Below, piece after piece: positions 35,076 through 43,713 of a DNA stretch of 64,000 nucleotides. The position numbers were made by a program, and so were the translations under genes. Under the pieces are notes generated by a model. It ran no database searches, was not told the origin of the DNA, and saw only the letters and a program-made list of their open reading frames with translations. The DNA comes from Opitutaceae bacterium (GTDB lineage Bacteria; Verrucomicrobiota; Verrucomicrobiia; Opitutales; Opitutaceae), in contig JBIKWB010000024.1 of assembly GCA_044356555.1 (NCBI GenBank), positions 8,504-72,503 of the forward strand. The letters are read 5' to 3'. How positions within the stretch are numbered: the first letter of the stretch is position 1; each line of letters starts with the position of its first letter.

Positions 35076-35606
35076 ATGACCCTCCCAAAAATCGGCGTCC
35101 TCAACATCTCCGACCGCGCCAGTGCCGGTGTTTACTCCGACGAACCCGGCCAGGCCTGCGTCGCCCTTCTCCGCGAGTGGCTCACGACCGCCTTCGACCT
35201 CGACTACAAAATCATCCCCGACGAACAGTCTATCATCTCGGCCGAGCTGATCCGCATGGCCGATGTTTCCGGTTGCGGGCTCATCGTCACCACCGGTGGC
35301 ACCGGTCCCGCACCGCGCGATGTCACACCCGAAGCCACCCGCGCCGTCATCGAAAAAGAACTGCCCGGTTTCGGCGAGCTCATGCGCGCCACCTCGCTCA
35401 ACTACGTGCCCACCGCGATCCTCTCGCGCCAACTCGCCGGCACCCGCGGCCGCACGCTCATCGTAAATCTACCGGGACGCCCCAAGGCCATCCGCGAAAA
35501 TTTTGAGGCCGTGTTCCCCGCGATTCCCTACTGCCTCGACCTCATCGGCGCCGCCCGCCTCGAGACCAACGCCGAGGTCATGAAATCCTTCCGGCCAAAA
35601 GCATAG
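35076..35606 (+). CDS. mog: Molybdopterin adenylyltransferase (Mog/MoaB family)
   Basis: IGVLNISDRASAGVYSDEPG...LIVTTGGTGPAPRDVTPEAT...PGFGELMR...LIVNLPGRPKAIRE. Confidence 0.85.
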   Translation: MTLPKIGVLNISDRASAGVYSDEPGQACVALLREWLTTAFDLDYKIIPDEQSIISAELIRMADVSGCGLIVTTGGTGPAPRDVTPEATRAVIEKELPGFGELMRATSLNYVPTAILSRQLAGTRGRTLIVNLPGRPKAIRENFEAVFPAIPYCLDLIGAARLETNAEVMKSFRPKA

Positions 35607-35684
35607 GTCAGGGTAAAGGATAGGAACCGCGCTCCGAGCGGTCCGCGCGGTGCCGCCCCATCGCCCCATTTTCATCGCCGCTCC

Positions 35685-35713
35685 GATTCGCGCCCATTCG
35701 CGGGATTCGCGGG
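35685..35713 (+). repeat. ATTCGCG-type intergenic repeat, copy 1 (gattcgcgcccattcgcgggattcgcggg)
   Basis: The 18-mer attcgcgcccattcgcgg (35686-35703) is identical to 47701-47718. Degenerate units in reverse orientation are at 51645-51656 and 51673-51683. Confidence 0.6.
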
Positions 35714-35724
35714 CAAAAGCCTCT

Positions 35725-36099
35725 TCACCGCGTGATTCTCGTCACGACCGGATTGTGCCACTCCGCCGGCAGCACCGACTCCGGCCCAATGATATACACG
35801 CGATAGTAGAGCCAGAAAACCACCACGCCCAGCAGGAGGAGAAAAACAATCTCACCCAGGTCTCCGCCGCCTTGCCGGCTCCCACGCTGCAGCGAAGCCA
35901 CCGCCCGCCCGATCAACGGCGCGACCACAAACCCCACGAGCGAGCCGCCAAACAGCACCATCCCCATGATCGCCCCGGTCCGCAGGAACGGATCATCCAA
36001 GATCTTTGCCTTATAACTCACGATCTCGACGCAGAGATTGAGCAACAGCAGGCAGCACGGGAGCACATAGTAATTCCGGACGACACTGGTGGATTTCAT
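35725..36099 (-). CDS. Small integral membrane protein (3-4 TM), function unknown
   Basis: 124-aa ORF with hydrophobic segments VLPCCLLLLNLCV, GAIMGMVLFGGSLVGFVVAPLIG and IVFLLLLGVVVFWLYY. No family recognised. Confidence 0.5.
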   Translation of the reverse strand: MKSTSVVRNYYVLPCCLLLLNLCVEIVSYKAKILDDPFLRTGAIMGMVLFGGSLVGFVVAPLIGRAVASLQRGSRQGGGDLGEIVFLLLLGVVVFWLYYRVYIIGPESVLPAEWHNPVVTRITR

Positions 36100-36176
36100 G
36101 CGGGGCGCGGCGAAAAATCGTCATTTCATCAAACGGCCGCTTGCGCGAAAGCAGATTCGCACAATTACTCCCCGCT

Positions 36177-36624
36177 CATGATCAACTACAGTATTCCCGA
36201 CCTCACCATCCACCCGCCTCGCAGCGTTCGCGTTCGCATCGGCGGCTACGCCCACCTCGCCCGCCTCCTCGACAAGGCCCGCGCCGAGATCCACGGCAAG
36301 AACGCCGGCTACCACTACGATTGCCCGGTCGACAAACTGCTCTTTGCCTTCACCGGCGTAAGTGCGGAAGCCATGCTCGCGGAGATCAAGAGCGGCAAAT
36401 CCGACTTGGAAATTCTCACCTGGCTCAACGCCAACACCAAGCGCCAAGCCTTTGAGGTCATCGCCTGGTCCGCGTGGCTTGAACAAGTCGGCCCCGGCAG
36501 CGCCGAAGGCCACGAGTGGATCGCCGGCGTCATTAAGGGCAACAATTCCACCCGCGACGACATCCGCTCGTTCGCCGAGTTGCTCGATCTCGACGATTAC
36601 ATCAGCTACGGCGGCAAAGCCTGA
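36177..36624 (+). CDS. DUF5069-like protein
   Basis: From ATG 36177: MINYSIPDLTIHPPRSVRVRIGGYAHLARLLDKARAEIHGKNAGYHYDCPVDKLLFAFTGV...EILTWL. The pattern matches DUF5069 as I remember it. The long extension in the track ORF is antisense to 35725..36099. Confidence 0.6.
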
Positions 36625-36662
36625 GCGAATCGCACCGGATCGTCCCCCGGTCTTTGATTTTC

Positions 36663-36688
36663 GGCCGCGCCACAAGCGCGGCCTTTTT
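36663..36688 (+). terminator. Rho-independent terminator
   Basis: Stem ggccgcgc (36663-36670), loop cacaa, stem gcgcggcc (36676-36683), then ttttt. Confidence 0.75.
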
Positions 36689-36826
36689 CATGTCCACCGG
36701 GCGAGCCCCCACCCGCCGCGGGCACCGTCCAGCACCTGAACGGTGACGAGCTTAGCGCCGCTTGGCGGCGATCGGCGACCGAGCCCGTGGTTCCCGATTC
36801 CGTCCAGACCCTGAATCAAAAACTCG

Positions 36827-37204
36827 TCACAGCTCGGTATACTTTTCCGCCCGGCCTTTGGCTTTCGCCACCGGATATTTCTCACCGTTCGCGGCCATTT
36901 TCGCCTCGATCACCGCCGCCACATCGAGCCCGGTGACGTTAGCGAACTCCAAGGCGTAGATCACGACGTCGGCCAATTCCTCCGCGATTTTGGCGCGCTT
37001 TACGGGATCGTTCATCACCGCCCGGGACGCCTCCGGCGTGCTCCACAAAAAGTGCTCCATCAACTCACCCGCTTCAGCGGCAAGCGCCATGCTCAGATTC
37101 TTCGGCGCATGGAACTGCTCCCAGTCCCGTTCGCGGGCAAACTCCAGCACGCGTCCCTTCAGCTCCTGGATCGTAGTCGTGGCGTCGGTCAGCGGCTCTT
37201 TCAT
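36827..37204 (-). CDS. MazG-like nucleotide pyrophosphohydrolase
   Basis: From ATG 37204: MKEPL...LEFARERDWEQFHAPKNLSMALAAEAGELMEHFLW...EELADVVIYALEFAN (EExxE...ExxD MazG motifs). Confidence 0.8.
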   Translation of the reverse strand: MKEPLTDATTTIQELKGRVLEFARERDWEQFHAPKNLSMALAAEAGELMEHFLWSTPEASRAVMNDPVKRAKIAEELADVVIYALEFANVTGLDVAAVIEAKMAANGEKYPVAKAKGRAEKYTEL

Positions 37205-37341
37205 CCGTCCAAATTGCGGCGATTTCAATGCGGGAGCGAGCTTGCTCGCGACTCCCGCTCTCACTTCTCCGCTCGCACACCTCGGCTCTCAGTCGCCCGC
37301 TCCATCACCCAATCTTCACCGTCATAAAAAAGATTCGGACT

Positions 37342-37357
37342 TGGCACGCCGGCTGCA
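37342..37357 (+). promoter_or_regulatory. Sigma-54 (-24/-12) type promoter candidate TGGCACGCCGGCTGCA
   Basis: TGGCAC at 37342-37347 and CTGCA at 37353-37357, giving exact GG-N10-GC spacing. There is one mismatch to TGGCAC-N5-TTGCA. It lies about 235 nt upstream of the hsp20 ATG on the same strand. Confidence 0.35.
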
Positions 37358-37499
37358 ATTTGGGCCGTGTCTCCAAGTTCAAATGACTACCGCTCGCTCA
37401 CCTCTCCACCGCCCCGCCGGCACTTCGATTACGAAGGCCGTGCAGCCATGCGGTGCCCAGATACAGGCGGCCGTCTCCAATTGGAGCCAAAAAACTCGC

Positions 37500-37560
37500 C
37501 CGGGCTTCTCCGGCTAACCCTCCGAACCATCGGACCATTTGGCCAAAACGAGAAGCCCGG
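37500..37560 (+). other. Long stem-loop in the hsp20 leader (11-bp perfect outer stem)
   Basis: ccgggcttctc (37500-37510) pairs with gagaagcccgg (37550-37560). An inner mini-hairpin CCGA-acca-TCGG is at 37522-37533. A 12-nt palindrome ctccaattggag lies just upstream at 37475-37486. Confidence 0.45.
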
Positions 37561-37593
37561 AGCCCCAAGCTCCAGGATGCAACCGCCTTTCCC

Positions 37594-37986
37594 ATGCACA
37601 CGATCATCAACTCCCGTCGCTCCGCCCGTCGCCCGCGCCTTGCCCAAGCCGTCGAGACCTTTCGTCAGCCGAGTTACGACTGCCGCGACCACGCCGATAC
37701 CATGACGTTGTCGGTCTACGTGCCCGGCGTGGACGCCGCCGGGGTCGACATCGAGGCCATCGGCCCCGATCTGATGATTACCGCCCGCAAGTCCCATTTT
37801 GTCCGCGTCAACTGGCAGTCGCTTCATCTCGAAGGCGCGCAACGCGACTACCAACTCCGCTTGCGGCTTGGCCACGGCTTCGACTACTCCGCCATGCAGG
37901 CCGAGATTCACGAGGGCGTGCTCACCGTCCGCCTGCCGAAGCGCCAAGCTCAAGAAGCCGAAGCGCCCCTGCGCAACGTCGCCTAG
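37594..37986 (+). CDS. Hsp20/alpha-crystallin family small heat-shock protein
   Basis: From ATG 37594: ...YDCRDHADTMTLSVYVPGVDAAGVDIEAIGPDLMITARK...YQLRLRLGHGFDYSAMQAEIHEGVLTVRLPKRQ, with the typical A-x-x-x-N/H-G-V-L-x-v-x-l-P-K end. Confidence 0.8.
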   Translation: MHTIINSRRSARRPRLAQAVETFRQPSYDCRDHADTMTLSVYVPGVDAAGVDIEAIGPDLMITARKSHFVRVNWQSLHLEGAQRDYQLRLRLGHGFDYSAMQAEIHEGVLTVRLPKRQAQEAEAPLRNVA

Positions 37987-38090
37987 ACCGGACGAACTCC
38001 GGCTGTTCAAGCCGCGCGAGTGATCCGGATGGCTCCGCGATCTCGCCGATGGAAAGCCCACGCTCAGCAATCCCATTCGAGCACAAAAAA

Positions 38091-38108
38091 GCGGGCCTCT
38101 CGGCCCGC
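38091..38108. terminator. Bidirectional terminator hairpin between convergent hsp20 and MFS genes
   Basis: aaaaaa-gcgggcc-tctc-ggcccgc-tcgttt. A second hairpin catcgggc-taca-gcccgatg is at 38126-38145. Confidence 0.6.
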
Positions 38109-38155
38109 TCGTTTAAGCTTACCCCATCGGGCTACAGCCCGATGAATCGGTCCAA

Positions 38156-39757
38156 TCAGGACTTCGCTTCCTGCTCTTCGATCTTCAACACGCGGTAACC
38201 ACCGGTGGATTTGAAGTAGAGCAGAATCCCGAGGAAGATGATCGCCATCGCCGCCGGGATATAGGAATCGGCCTTGAGCGTCATACGATCGCCCTTCTGG
38301 TCGGCCGCCACGATGTCCTTTTGCGCTGGAGTCGCGTTGTTGGCCTTCACGGCCTCCTTGGAGTCGGACAACTTCTTGCCGTCGATAGCATTCACCTCGG
38401 AGAAGAACAAAAACTTCGACGGGGAAGCCGCCTTAGCCTCGGCGTAGGCTGCGGGGTTGGTCGTTTGCAAGGTCTCGGCCGCAAACCGGTCTTTGCCGTA
38501 ACCGAGGCCGGGGCCGCCGATCAAACCAGCTGAGAGCATGCCGATGCCGCCCATGATCGAAATCGCCACCGCACCCGTGCGCGGGTAGCGGTCGGAAACC
38601 ACCGCCAGCATCGTCGGCCAGAAGAAGGTCTTGCCGATCGCATAGATCGTGAGCGCGACGAAGGCCATCGCGACGGTCTGGACTCCGCTCGTCATCTGGA
38701 GACCGACGCAGGCCAAGATAGAGCACACCATCAGCAGGGTGATCGGCGACATACCCATCTTGGTCTCAATAAAGTGCGCGCAAAACCGCAAACCGAACAT
38801 CACGGCCGAGGTCCAAATCAGCAGCCATTTGCCCTGTTCGGAGGTGAACATATTGCCCGTGATATTGGCGATCCATCCGTCCGTCCCGAGTTCGACCGCG
38901 CCGACCAAGGCGTGGGTGATGAACAGCACGAACAGCAAAATCGAACCGAGCGAGAAACGCGTCATGACACCGACCGTGATCAGCAACGCACCACCCACGA
39001 CATAGCCGACGGCAGGAGGAAAACTGGCCAAACCAAACAGCGCGGCCAACGGACCGGAGACAAACATGCTCAAAAGGTAGCATGCCACTGCCGCACCGAG
39101 CAGGCCGACATCTTTGAACATTTCGCTCAACTTGGCGCCCTTCTCCGAGGCCTCGGACTTGGGCATGTGCTGACCGAGGAACATGAATCCGTAGATCAGA
39201 GTCGGGATCAGATAAAGCGAGAGCTGAATCTTCCAGCCCACTTGCATCTTGTCGTCGAGCACCCAACCGACGGCCGCTCCAGCCACGATTCCAGCCGGCC
39301 AGCTCGCGTGCAGGATGTTCAGGTAATGGGTGCGTTGTTTAGGGAACAGGGTTGCAACCAGAGGATTCGAAACCGCCTCAAGCGTGCCGTTGGCGAATGC
39401 GAAAATGAACATGCCGATCGTCAACATCTGATAGGCATTTTGAGGCGTGCTCGCGCCGAAGGTGACGACGGCGGACAAGACGTGAAATGCGAATGCCGCA
39501 ACCACCAGTTTGCCGTAACCGATCTTGTCGCAGATCAGACCACCGATGATGATACCGAAGCAAAAACCGGTAAACCCGGCCCCGCCGATGGCTCCAAGCT
39601 GAGTGGCCGTGAAGCCATACTCACCCGCCCAGTTATCGAAAATACCACCCCGGACGCCGAAGCCCATGCCGGCGGCAAAAATGGCCATAAAGCCGGCCCA
39701 AAGGAGGCGCTTCGCATTGGCAGCGATAGGCGCGTTGTCGACATTCTGATTACTCAT
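38156..39757 (-). CDS. MFS transporter with a C-terminal hydrophilic extension and an extra terminal TM helix
   Basis: From ATG 39757: [38 protein letters not shown]..., with 12 TM segments. A soluble stretch of about 80 aa follows ([23 protein letters not shown]...KADS), then [16 protein letters not shown]. Confidence 0.8.
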   Translation of the reverse strand: MSNQNVDNAPIAANAKRLLWAGFMAIFAAGMGFGVRGGIFDNWAGEYGFTATQLGAIGGAGFTGFCFGIIIGGLICDKIGYGKLVVAAFAFHVLSAVVTFGASTPQNAYQMLTIGMFIFAFANGTLEAVSNPLVATLFPKQRTHYLNILHASWPAGIVAGAAVGWVLDDKMQVGWKIQLSLYLIPTLIYGFMFLGQHMPKSEASEKGAKLSEMFKDVGLLGAAVACYLLSMFVSGPLAALFGLASFPPAVGYVVGGALLITVGVMTRFSLGSILLFVLFITHALVGAVELGTDGWIANITGNMFTSEQGKWLLIWTSAVMFGLRFCAHFIETKMGMSPITLLMVCSILACVGLQMTSGVQTVAMAFVALTIYAIGKTFFWPTMLAVVSDRYPRTGAVAISIMGGIGMLSAGLIGGPGLGYGKDRFAAETLQTTNPAAYAEAKAASPSKFLFFSEVNAIDGKKLSDSKEAVKANNATPAQKDIVAADQKGDRMTLKADSYIPAAMAIIFLGILLYFKSTGGYRVLKIEEQEAKS

Positions 39758-39954
39758 AGGAATTAACTGTAGGTTGGGATTGGGGTGAAAAAACTGATAC
39801 CTCCGATTTCTTGAAAGATTCTCCGAGCCCGGGCAAGGTCGCTTTTGAGCAATTGTGAACTCTTCGCGTCGGAACGACTTTTTTCTTTCAGTGGGGCACA
39901 TTTCTGACCGATGCCAGTCTACCTCCTGAAACCAGCACCGAACCGACCACTCCC

Positions 39955-40152
39955 ATGCCTTTACCCACCCACTTCACCCAGCCCGAAATTTTTGAAGATC
40001 GTCCCGTCGTCGTCGAGCTTGTCGCCCGCGCCAACGCCATGTGGGACCGTCCCATTTTCCGCGCTCCGCCTCTGAAAGTCGTCTTACCCCGGGTAAGCCC
40101 CGAAATCTTCAAGAGCTTACCCACCCTGGTCTCAACCCTCAGCCCGCGCTGA
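39955..40152 (+). CDS. Hypothetical small protein (65 aa)
   Basis: The [68 protein letters not shown] has a C-rich third codon position like real genes here. A strong same-strand terminator follows at 40191. No family recognised. Confidence 0.3.
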   Translation: MPLPTHFTQPEIFEDRPVVVELVARANAMWDRPIFRAPPLKVVLPRVSPEIFKSLPTLVSTLSPR

Positions 40153-40190
40153 TTCCGGACCCGATCACAGGGCGGAAATCCCCATCGTCA

Positions 40191-40216
40191 GCGGAGACCC
40201 AGGTCTCCGCTTTTTT
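40191..40216 (+). terminator. Rho-independent terminator
   Basis: Stem gcggagacc (40191-40199), loop ca, stem ggtctccgc (40202-40210), then tttttt. Confidence 0.7.
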
Positions 40217-40280
40217 GCGTCCTCTCACCCCGCCCGGTAATTCGACGCTGCCTGCATCGAATCCACAAAAAGCACACCCC

Positions 40281-41150
40281 CTAAATCTCCCGCGCCAACC
40301 AGATCAGGTCCCCGCGCGCTCCCGCCCCTTGCCCGAGCACTTTGGCCAAATACTCCACCGTCGCAGCCGCCTCGTCCGCAAACTTCCAAGGCGGATTCAC
40401 GATCAACACCCCGCACCCCACCATCTTTGCCGCCGGCGGATTCACCACCAGCTCTACGGCCAACGTCGGCGGCAGCACCAGACCCCGCAGCTCCGCAAAA
40501 AACAAATCCACCTTCGCCCGCTCGGTGAGGGGATACCACACGGCAAACACTCCGCCCGGCAATCGCTTCAGTCCGTCCTTCAATGTCGCCACGATCTGCG
40601 CCCACTCATCCTGCGCCTCAAAGGGCGGATCGATCAACACCAGCGCCCGTTTCTCCAGCGGCGGCAACACCGCCCGCACCGTTGCATAGCCGTCCGCCTC
40701 GCGCACCTGGGCGCCGCCGGTAAACTGAAACTTCTCCCGCAACGCCGCGCACTCCGCCGGTTGGCGTTCGCACAACACCAGTCGCTCCTGCGGCCTCGCG
40801 ATCAGGTTCACCAGCTCCGGCGACCCCGGATAAAATCTCGGCTCGGGCGTGGCGTTGCTCTCCCGCCGATCATACTCCCGCACGAGCGCAATATAATCCG
40901 CGACGCCGCCGGGCAACTCCCCGGCCGGTCGGTTCCACAGACGGCCCACACCCTCCGGCCATTCCGGCACGCGCGCGTGGGTGTCCCCGATGGCCGCCAC
41001 CGCCAGATCGTAGCTCCCACGACCGGCGTGCGTATCGAGATAGAGAAAACCCTTCTCCTTTCTTTGCAGCGCGCGCACCAGCGGGACGAGCAACGCGTGC
41101 TTCATCACATCGGCGAAATTGCCGGCGTGATAATGATGGCGGTAGTTCAC
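40281..41150 (-). CDS. rlmJ: 23S rRNA (adenine2030-N6)-methyltransferase
   Basis: MNYRHHYHAGNFADVMKHALLVPLVRAL...YLDTHAGRGSYDL...VLIDPPFE...VWYP, collinear with RlmJ. Confidence 0.85.
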   Translation of the reverse strand: MNYRHHYHAGNFADVMKHALLVPLVRALQRKEKGFLYLDTHAGRGSYDLAVAAIGDTHARVPEWPEGVGRLWNRPAGELPGGVADYIALVREYDRRESNATPEPRFYPGSPELVNLIARPQERLVLCERQPAECAALREKFQFTGGAQVREADGYATVRAVLPPLEKRALVLIDPPFEAQDEWAQIVATLKDGLKRLPGGVFAVWYPLTERAKVDLFFAELRGLVLPPTLAVELVVNPPAAKMVGCGVLIVNPPWKFADEAAATVEYLAKVLGQGAGARGDLIWLAREI

Positions 41151-41653
41151 GCCGCGACCGGCACTTTGACGACCACCTTGCGCACCAACATCGGTGCAAC
41201 GGCCGCCACCAACGGACGATGCCCATCCACAGGGAAAAAGACGGCAACCTCGCCCGCGGCGACCCGCAGCGTCGTGTGCCGCGAGAAGCCTTCGTAAAAG
41301 AGCACATCTTTAGCCGGCCGGAGATCCTCGGCGATCTTGAGGTTGCTCACATCCGTCAGCTCCATGATCTCCTCGCCCACGATTACCGCCTGCACATCCG
41401 TGTAGGCCTTGTGCGACTCCCACTTCGGCACCGTCGGCACTCCCGCCGGAAATGTCATGCAGGCCTGAGGCAGCGCAAACACTCCGCCGCCCAAGTCCAC
41501 GCGCTGCGTCTGCTCGGCCGCGAGACCGTCGAGCAACGCGCGTTCCGGCGAACCGGTGCGCAGGCAGGCTTCGACATACGCGAAGGCCGTGGCGAATTTG
41601 TCAGAGGGGGCAAGCTGAGCCCGCACCGTGGAGAGAGAACCGAATAGAGCCAT
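41147..41653 (-). CDS. YhcH/YjgK/YiaL (DUF386, EbgC-like) family protein
   Basis: 168 aa: ...WESHKAYTDVQAVIVGEEIME...AAGEVAVFFPVDGHRP, a cupin-like pattern of the family. It overlaps rlmJ by 4 nt. Confidence 0.7.
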   Translation of the reverse strand: MALFGSLSTVRAQLAPSDKFATAFAYVEACLRTGSPERALLDGLAAEQTQRVDLGGGVFALPQACMTFPAGVPTVPKWESHKAYTDVQAVIVGEEIMELTDVSNLKIAEDLRPAKDVLFYEGFSRHTTLRVAAGEVAVFFPVDGHRPLVAAVAPMLVRKVVVKVPVAA

Positions 41654-41889
41654 GTCCCGAGCCTCAAACCCGTGTTAAAATCTGGCAAGCCGCGAAACCG
41701 CGACCGCCCACGCGCTTGATTTTCCCACTACGTGGCGCCTGGCCCACCGATGGCCTCGGCATGAATCCGCGCGATATCATCCGCCGGCCCGGCGGCCCTA
41801 CGCCGCCGCCAGTACGCCGCCCAAGCCGAGAAACAACAAAATCCGCCTTCCCGCACCTTTGCACACCCGCCGCGCTCGCCACCCGCCCG

Positions 41890-42792
41890 ATGGGCCCAAA
41901 AACATTGCCCCTCCCTCGACACCCGTTTTTCTCCACGCCAATCGTGTCCGGCCTCATCCGCATCTTTTCCGACCTCCACTACGGCGACCGCTCCAGCCGA
42001 CTCCGCCGTCTCGATCAACTGAGTCCGCTTCTCGACGGCGTGGGCCGGTTGATCCTCAACGGCGACACCCTCGACACCCGACCCGGCCCTCACCCTCAAA
42101 TCACCGCCCGCTCCCGCGCCGAGGTCGGCGGTTTCTTCGGCGCCTGCGCCCCCGAGGTCACCCTCGTCACCGGGAATCACGACCCGGACATTTCCGACCT
42201 CGATACGCTCGACCTCTGCGGCGGCCAAGTTTTCGTCACGCACGGCGACATTATTTTCGACAACATCGTCCCTTGGGGTCGCGACGCCGCCACACTCGAG
42301 GCCCACATCACCCACGGGCTGGCCTCGCTGCCCGTCGAACACCGGACCCAACTCGCCCCTCGACTCGCGGTCTTTCGCGCCGCTTGCGCTGCGCTCCCCC
42401 AACGCCATCAATCCGAACCCAACCCGCTCAAATACGCCGTTAAGTTCGCCGCCGACACCGTTTGGCCGCCTTTGCGCAGCTTGGATATCATCCGCGCTTG
42501 GCGCGAGACCCCGAACCGCGCCGCCGGCATTGCCGCCGCCCATCGCCCCGCCGCCCGCTTCATGCTCATCGGCCACACGCACCGCCCATTCGTTTGGACC
42601 GCCCCTTCCGGTCTCACCGTGATCAACACCGGTGCCCTCTGCCGTCCTTTCGGCGCCCAAGCCGTGGATCTCACCCCCGGCCGTCTCACCATTCGCCAGA
42701 TCGAGTCCCGCTCCGGCTCATTTCACCCGGGCCGAGTCGTCGCGGAGTTTGCTCTCGCGGAAGTCCCCGCTTCTTCGAACATCCCCGCATGA
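41890..42792 (+). CDS. Calcineurin-like metallophosphoesterase
   Basis: IRIFSDLHYGD...LILNGDTLD...VTGNHD...VFVTHGD...MLIGHTHRP, the five canonical MPE motifs. ATG at 41890 is chosen; the upstream part of the track ORF is Arg/Pro-rich. Confidence 0.7.
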   Translation: MGPKTLPLPRHPFFSTPIVSGLIRIFSDLHYGDRSSRLRRLDQLSPLLDGVGRLILNGDTLDTRPGPHPQITARSRAEVGGFFGACAPEVTLVTGNHDPDISDLDTLDLCGGQVFVTHGDIIFDNIVPWGRDAATLEAHITHGLASLPVEHRTQLAPRLAVFRAACAALPQRHQSEPNPLKYAVKFAADTVWPPLRSLDIIRAWRETPNRAAGIAAAHRPAARFMLIGHTHRPFVWTAPSGLTVINTGALCRPFGAQAVDLTPGRLTIRQIESRSGSFHPGRVVAEFALAEVPASSNIPA

Positions 42793-43088
42793 GCGTTACT
42801 TTCGGCTGGTGGCACCGCGATCCCGTTGAGGGAAAATTTCAAATTCACGTCGACGTCCACGGCGGCAACATCGAGTGGACCCGCCACCAGGGGCACAACA
42901 CTTCGTGGCTCCCGCATCACCCGACCGATGAAGACCGCGAGCGTCTCATCTTCGAAGCCGAGAAGCGCGTACCTCGCCGGCTCATCACGCAAAAGCAATT
43001 CGACGAAATCAAACGCCTGAGCGAACTCGACGGCCCCGGCCGCGTTTCCGGCAAGCGCATCACCGGCCTCGGACCTTCCTTCGATTAA
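42789..43088 (+). CDS. Hypothetical His-rich small protein (99 aa), translationally coupled to the phosphoesterase gene
   Basis: The ATG at 42789 overlaps the upstream TGA (ATGA). Sequence: MSVTFGWWHRDPVEGKFQIHVDVHGGNIEWTRHQGHNTSWLPHHPTDEDRERLIFEAEKR... No family recognised. Confidence 0.5.
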   Translation: MSVTFGWWHRDPVEGKFQIHVDVHGGNIEWTRHQGHNTSWLPHHPTDEDRERLIFEAEKRVPRRLITQKQFDEIKRLSELDGPGRVSGKRITGLGPSFD

Positions 43089-43597
43089 CCGCCCGCCTCG
43101 GCACCGATCTGTTCCCAGATCAATCGAAACGCCGGCGTAAACTCGGCCGGTTTTGCCCGCATCCGCGCGGTTAGCTCCGCCGGTACCACCCACTCGCCGC
43201 GCTCGATTTCCTCAGGGTGGAGCACAAACGGGCCGGCGTGCTTCAACCGGTAAACCCAGAGGAACTCCCAGCCCGTGCGCGCACACGCCTCCACCCGGCG
43301 CCACCGCACCAGATCGCCCGCCCCCACCCGCACCCCGATCTCTTCGCCCAGTTCTCGCACCGCCGCCGCGTCATAGTCCTCGCCGCTGTCCAGATGACCC
43401 GAACACGCCGCGTCCCAACATCCCGGCGACATGTCCTTCGTCATCGACCGTTTCTGCAAAAAGGTCCGCCCCGCTGCGTCAAACACCAGCACATGCACCG
43501 CCCGGTGCCAGAGCCCCCGCGCGTGAACCTCCCGACGCGCCGCGCGCCCGATCACGATATCGTTCGCATCCACCACATCGAAAAATTCTTCACTCAT
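43085..43597 (-). CDS. NUDIX hydrolase
   Basis: From ATG 43597: MSEEFFDVVDANDIVIG...WHRAVHVLVFD...GHLDSGEDYDAAAVRELGEEIGV (Nudix box). Its stop overlaps the stop of 42789..43088 within TTAA. Confidence 0.8.
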   Translation of the reverse strand: MSEEFFDVVDANDIVIGRAARREVHARGLWHRAVHVLVFDAAGRTFLQKRSMTKDMSPGCWDAACSGHLDSGEDYDAAAVRELGEEIGVRVGAGDLVRWRRVEACARTGWEFLWVYRLKHAGPFVLHPEEIERGEWVVPAELTARMRAKPAEFTPAFRLIWEQIGAEAGG

Positions 43598-43713
43598 AGG
43601 CGTTCGTTTATTGCCGCACCCGACCGTGAACTTGCAACCCCGATGACGCCCACCCCGCCCGCCCTTTACTTTCATCCGCGTTCGTATGCAGTCCTGCCTT
43701 CGCCCCTTTCCTT

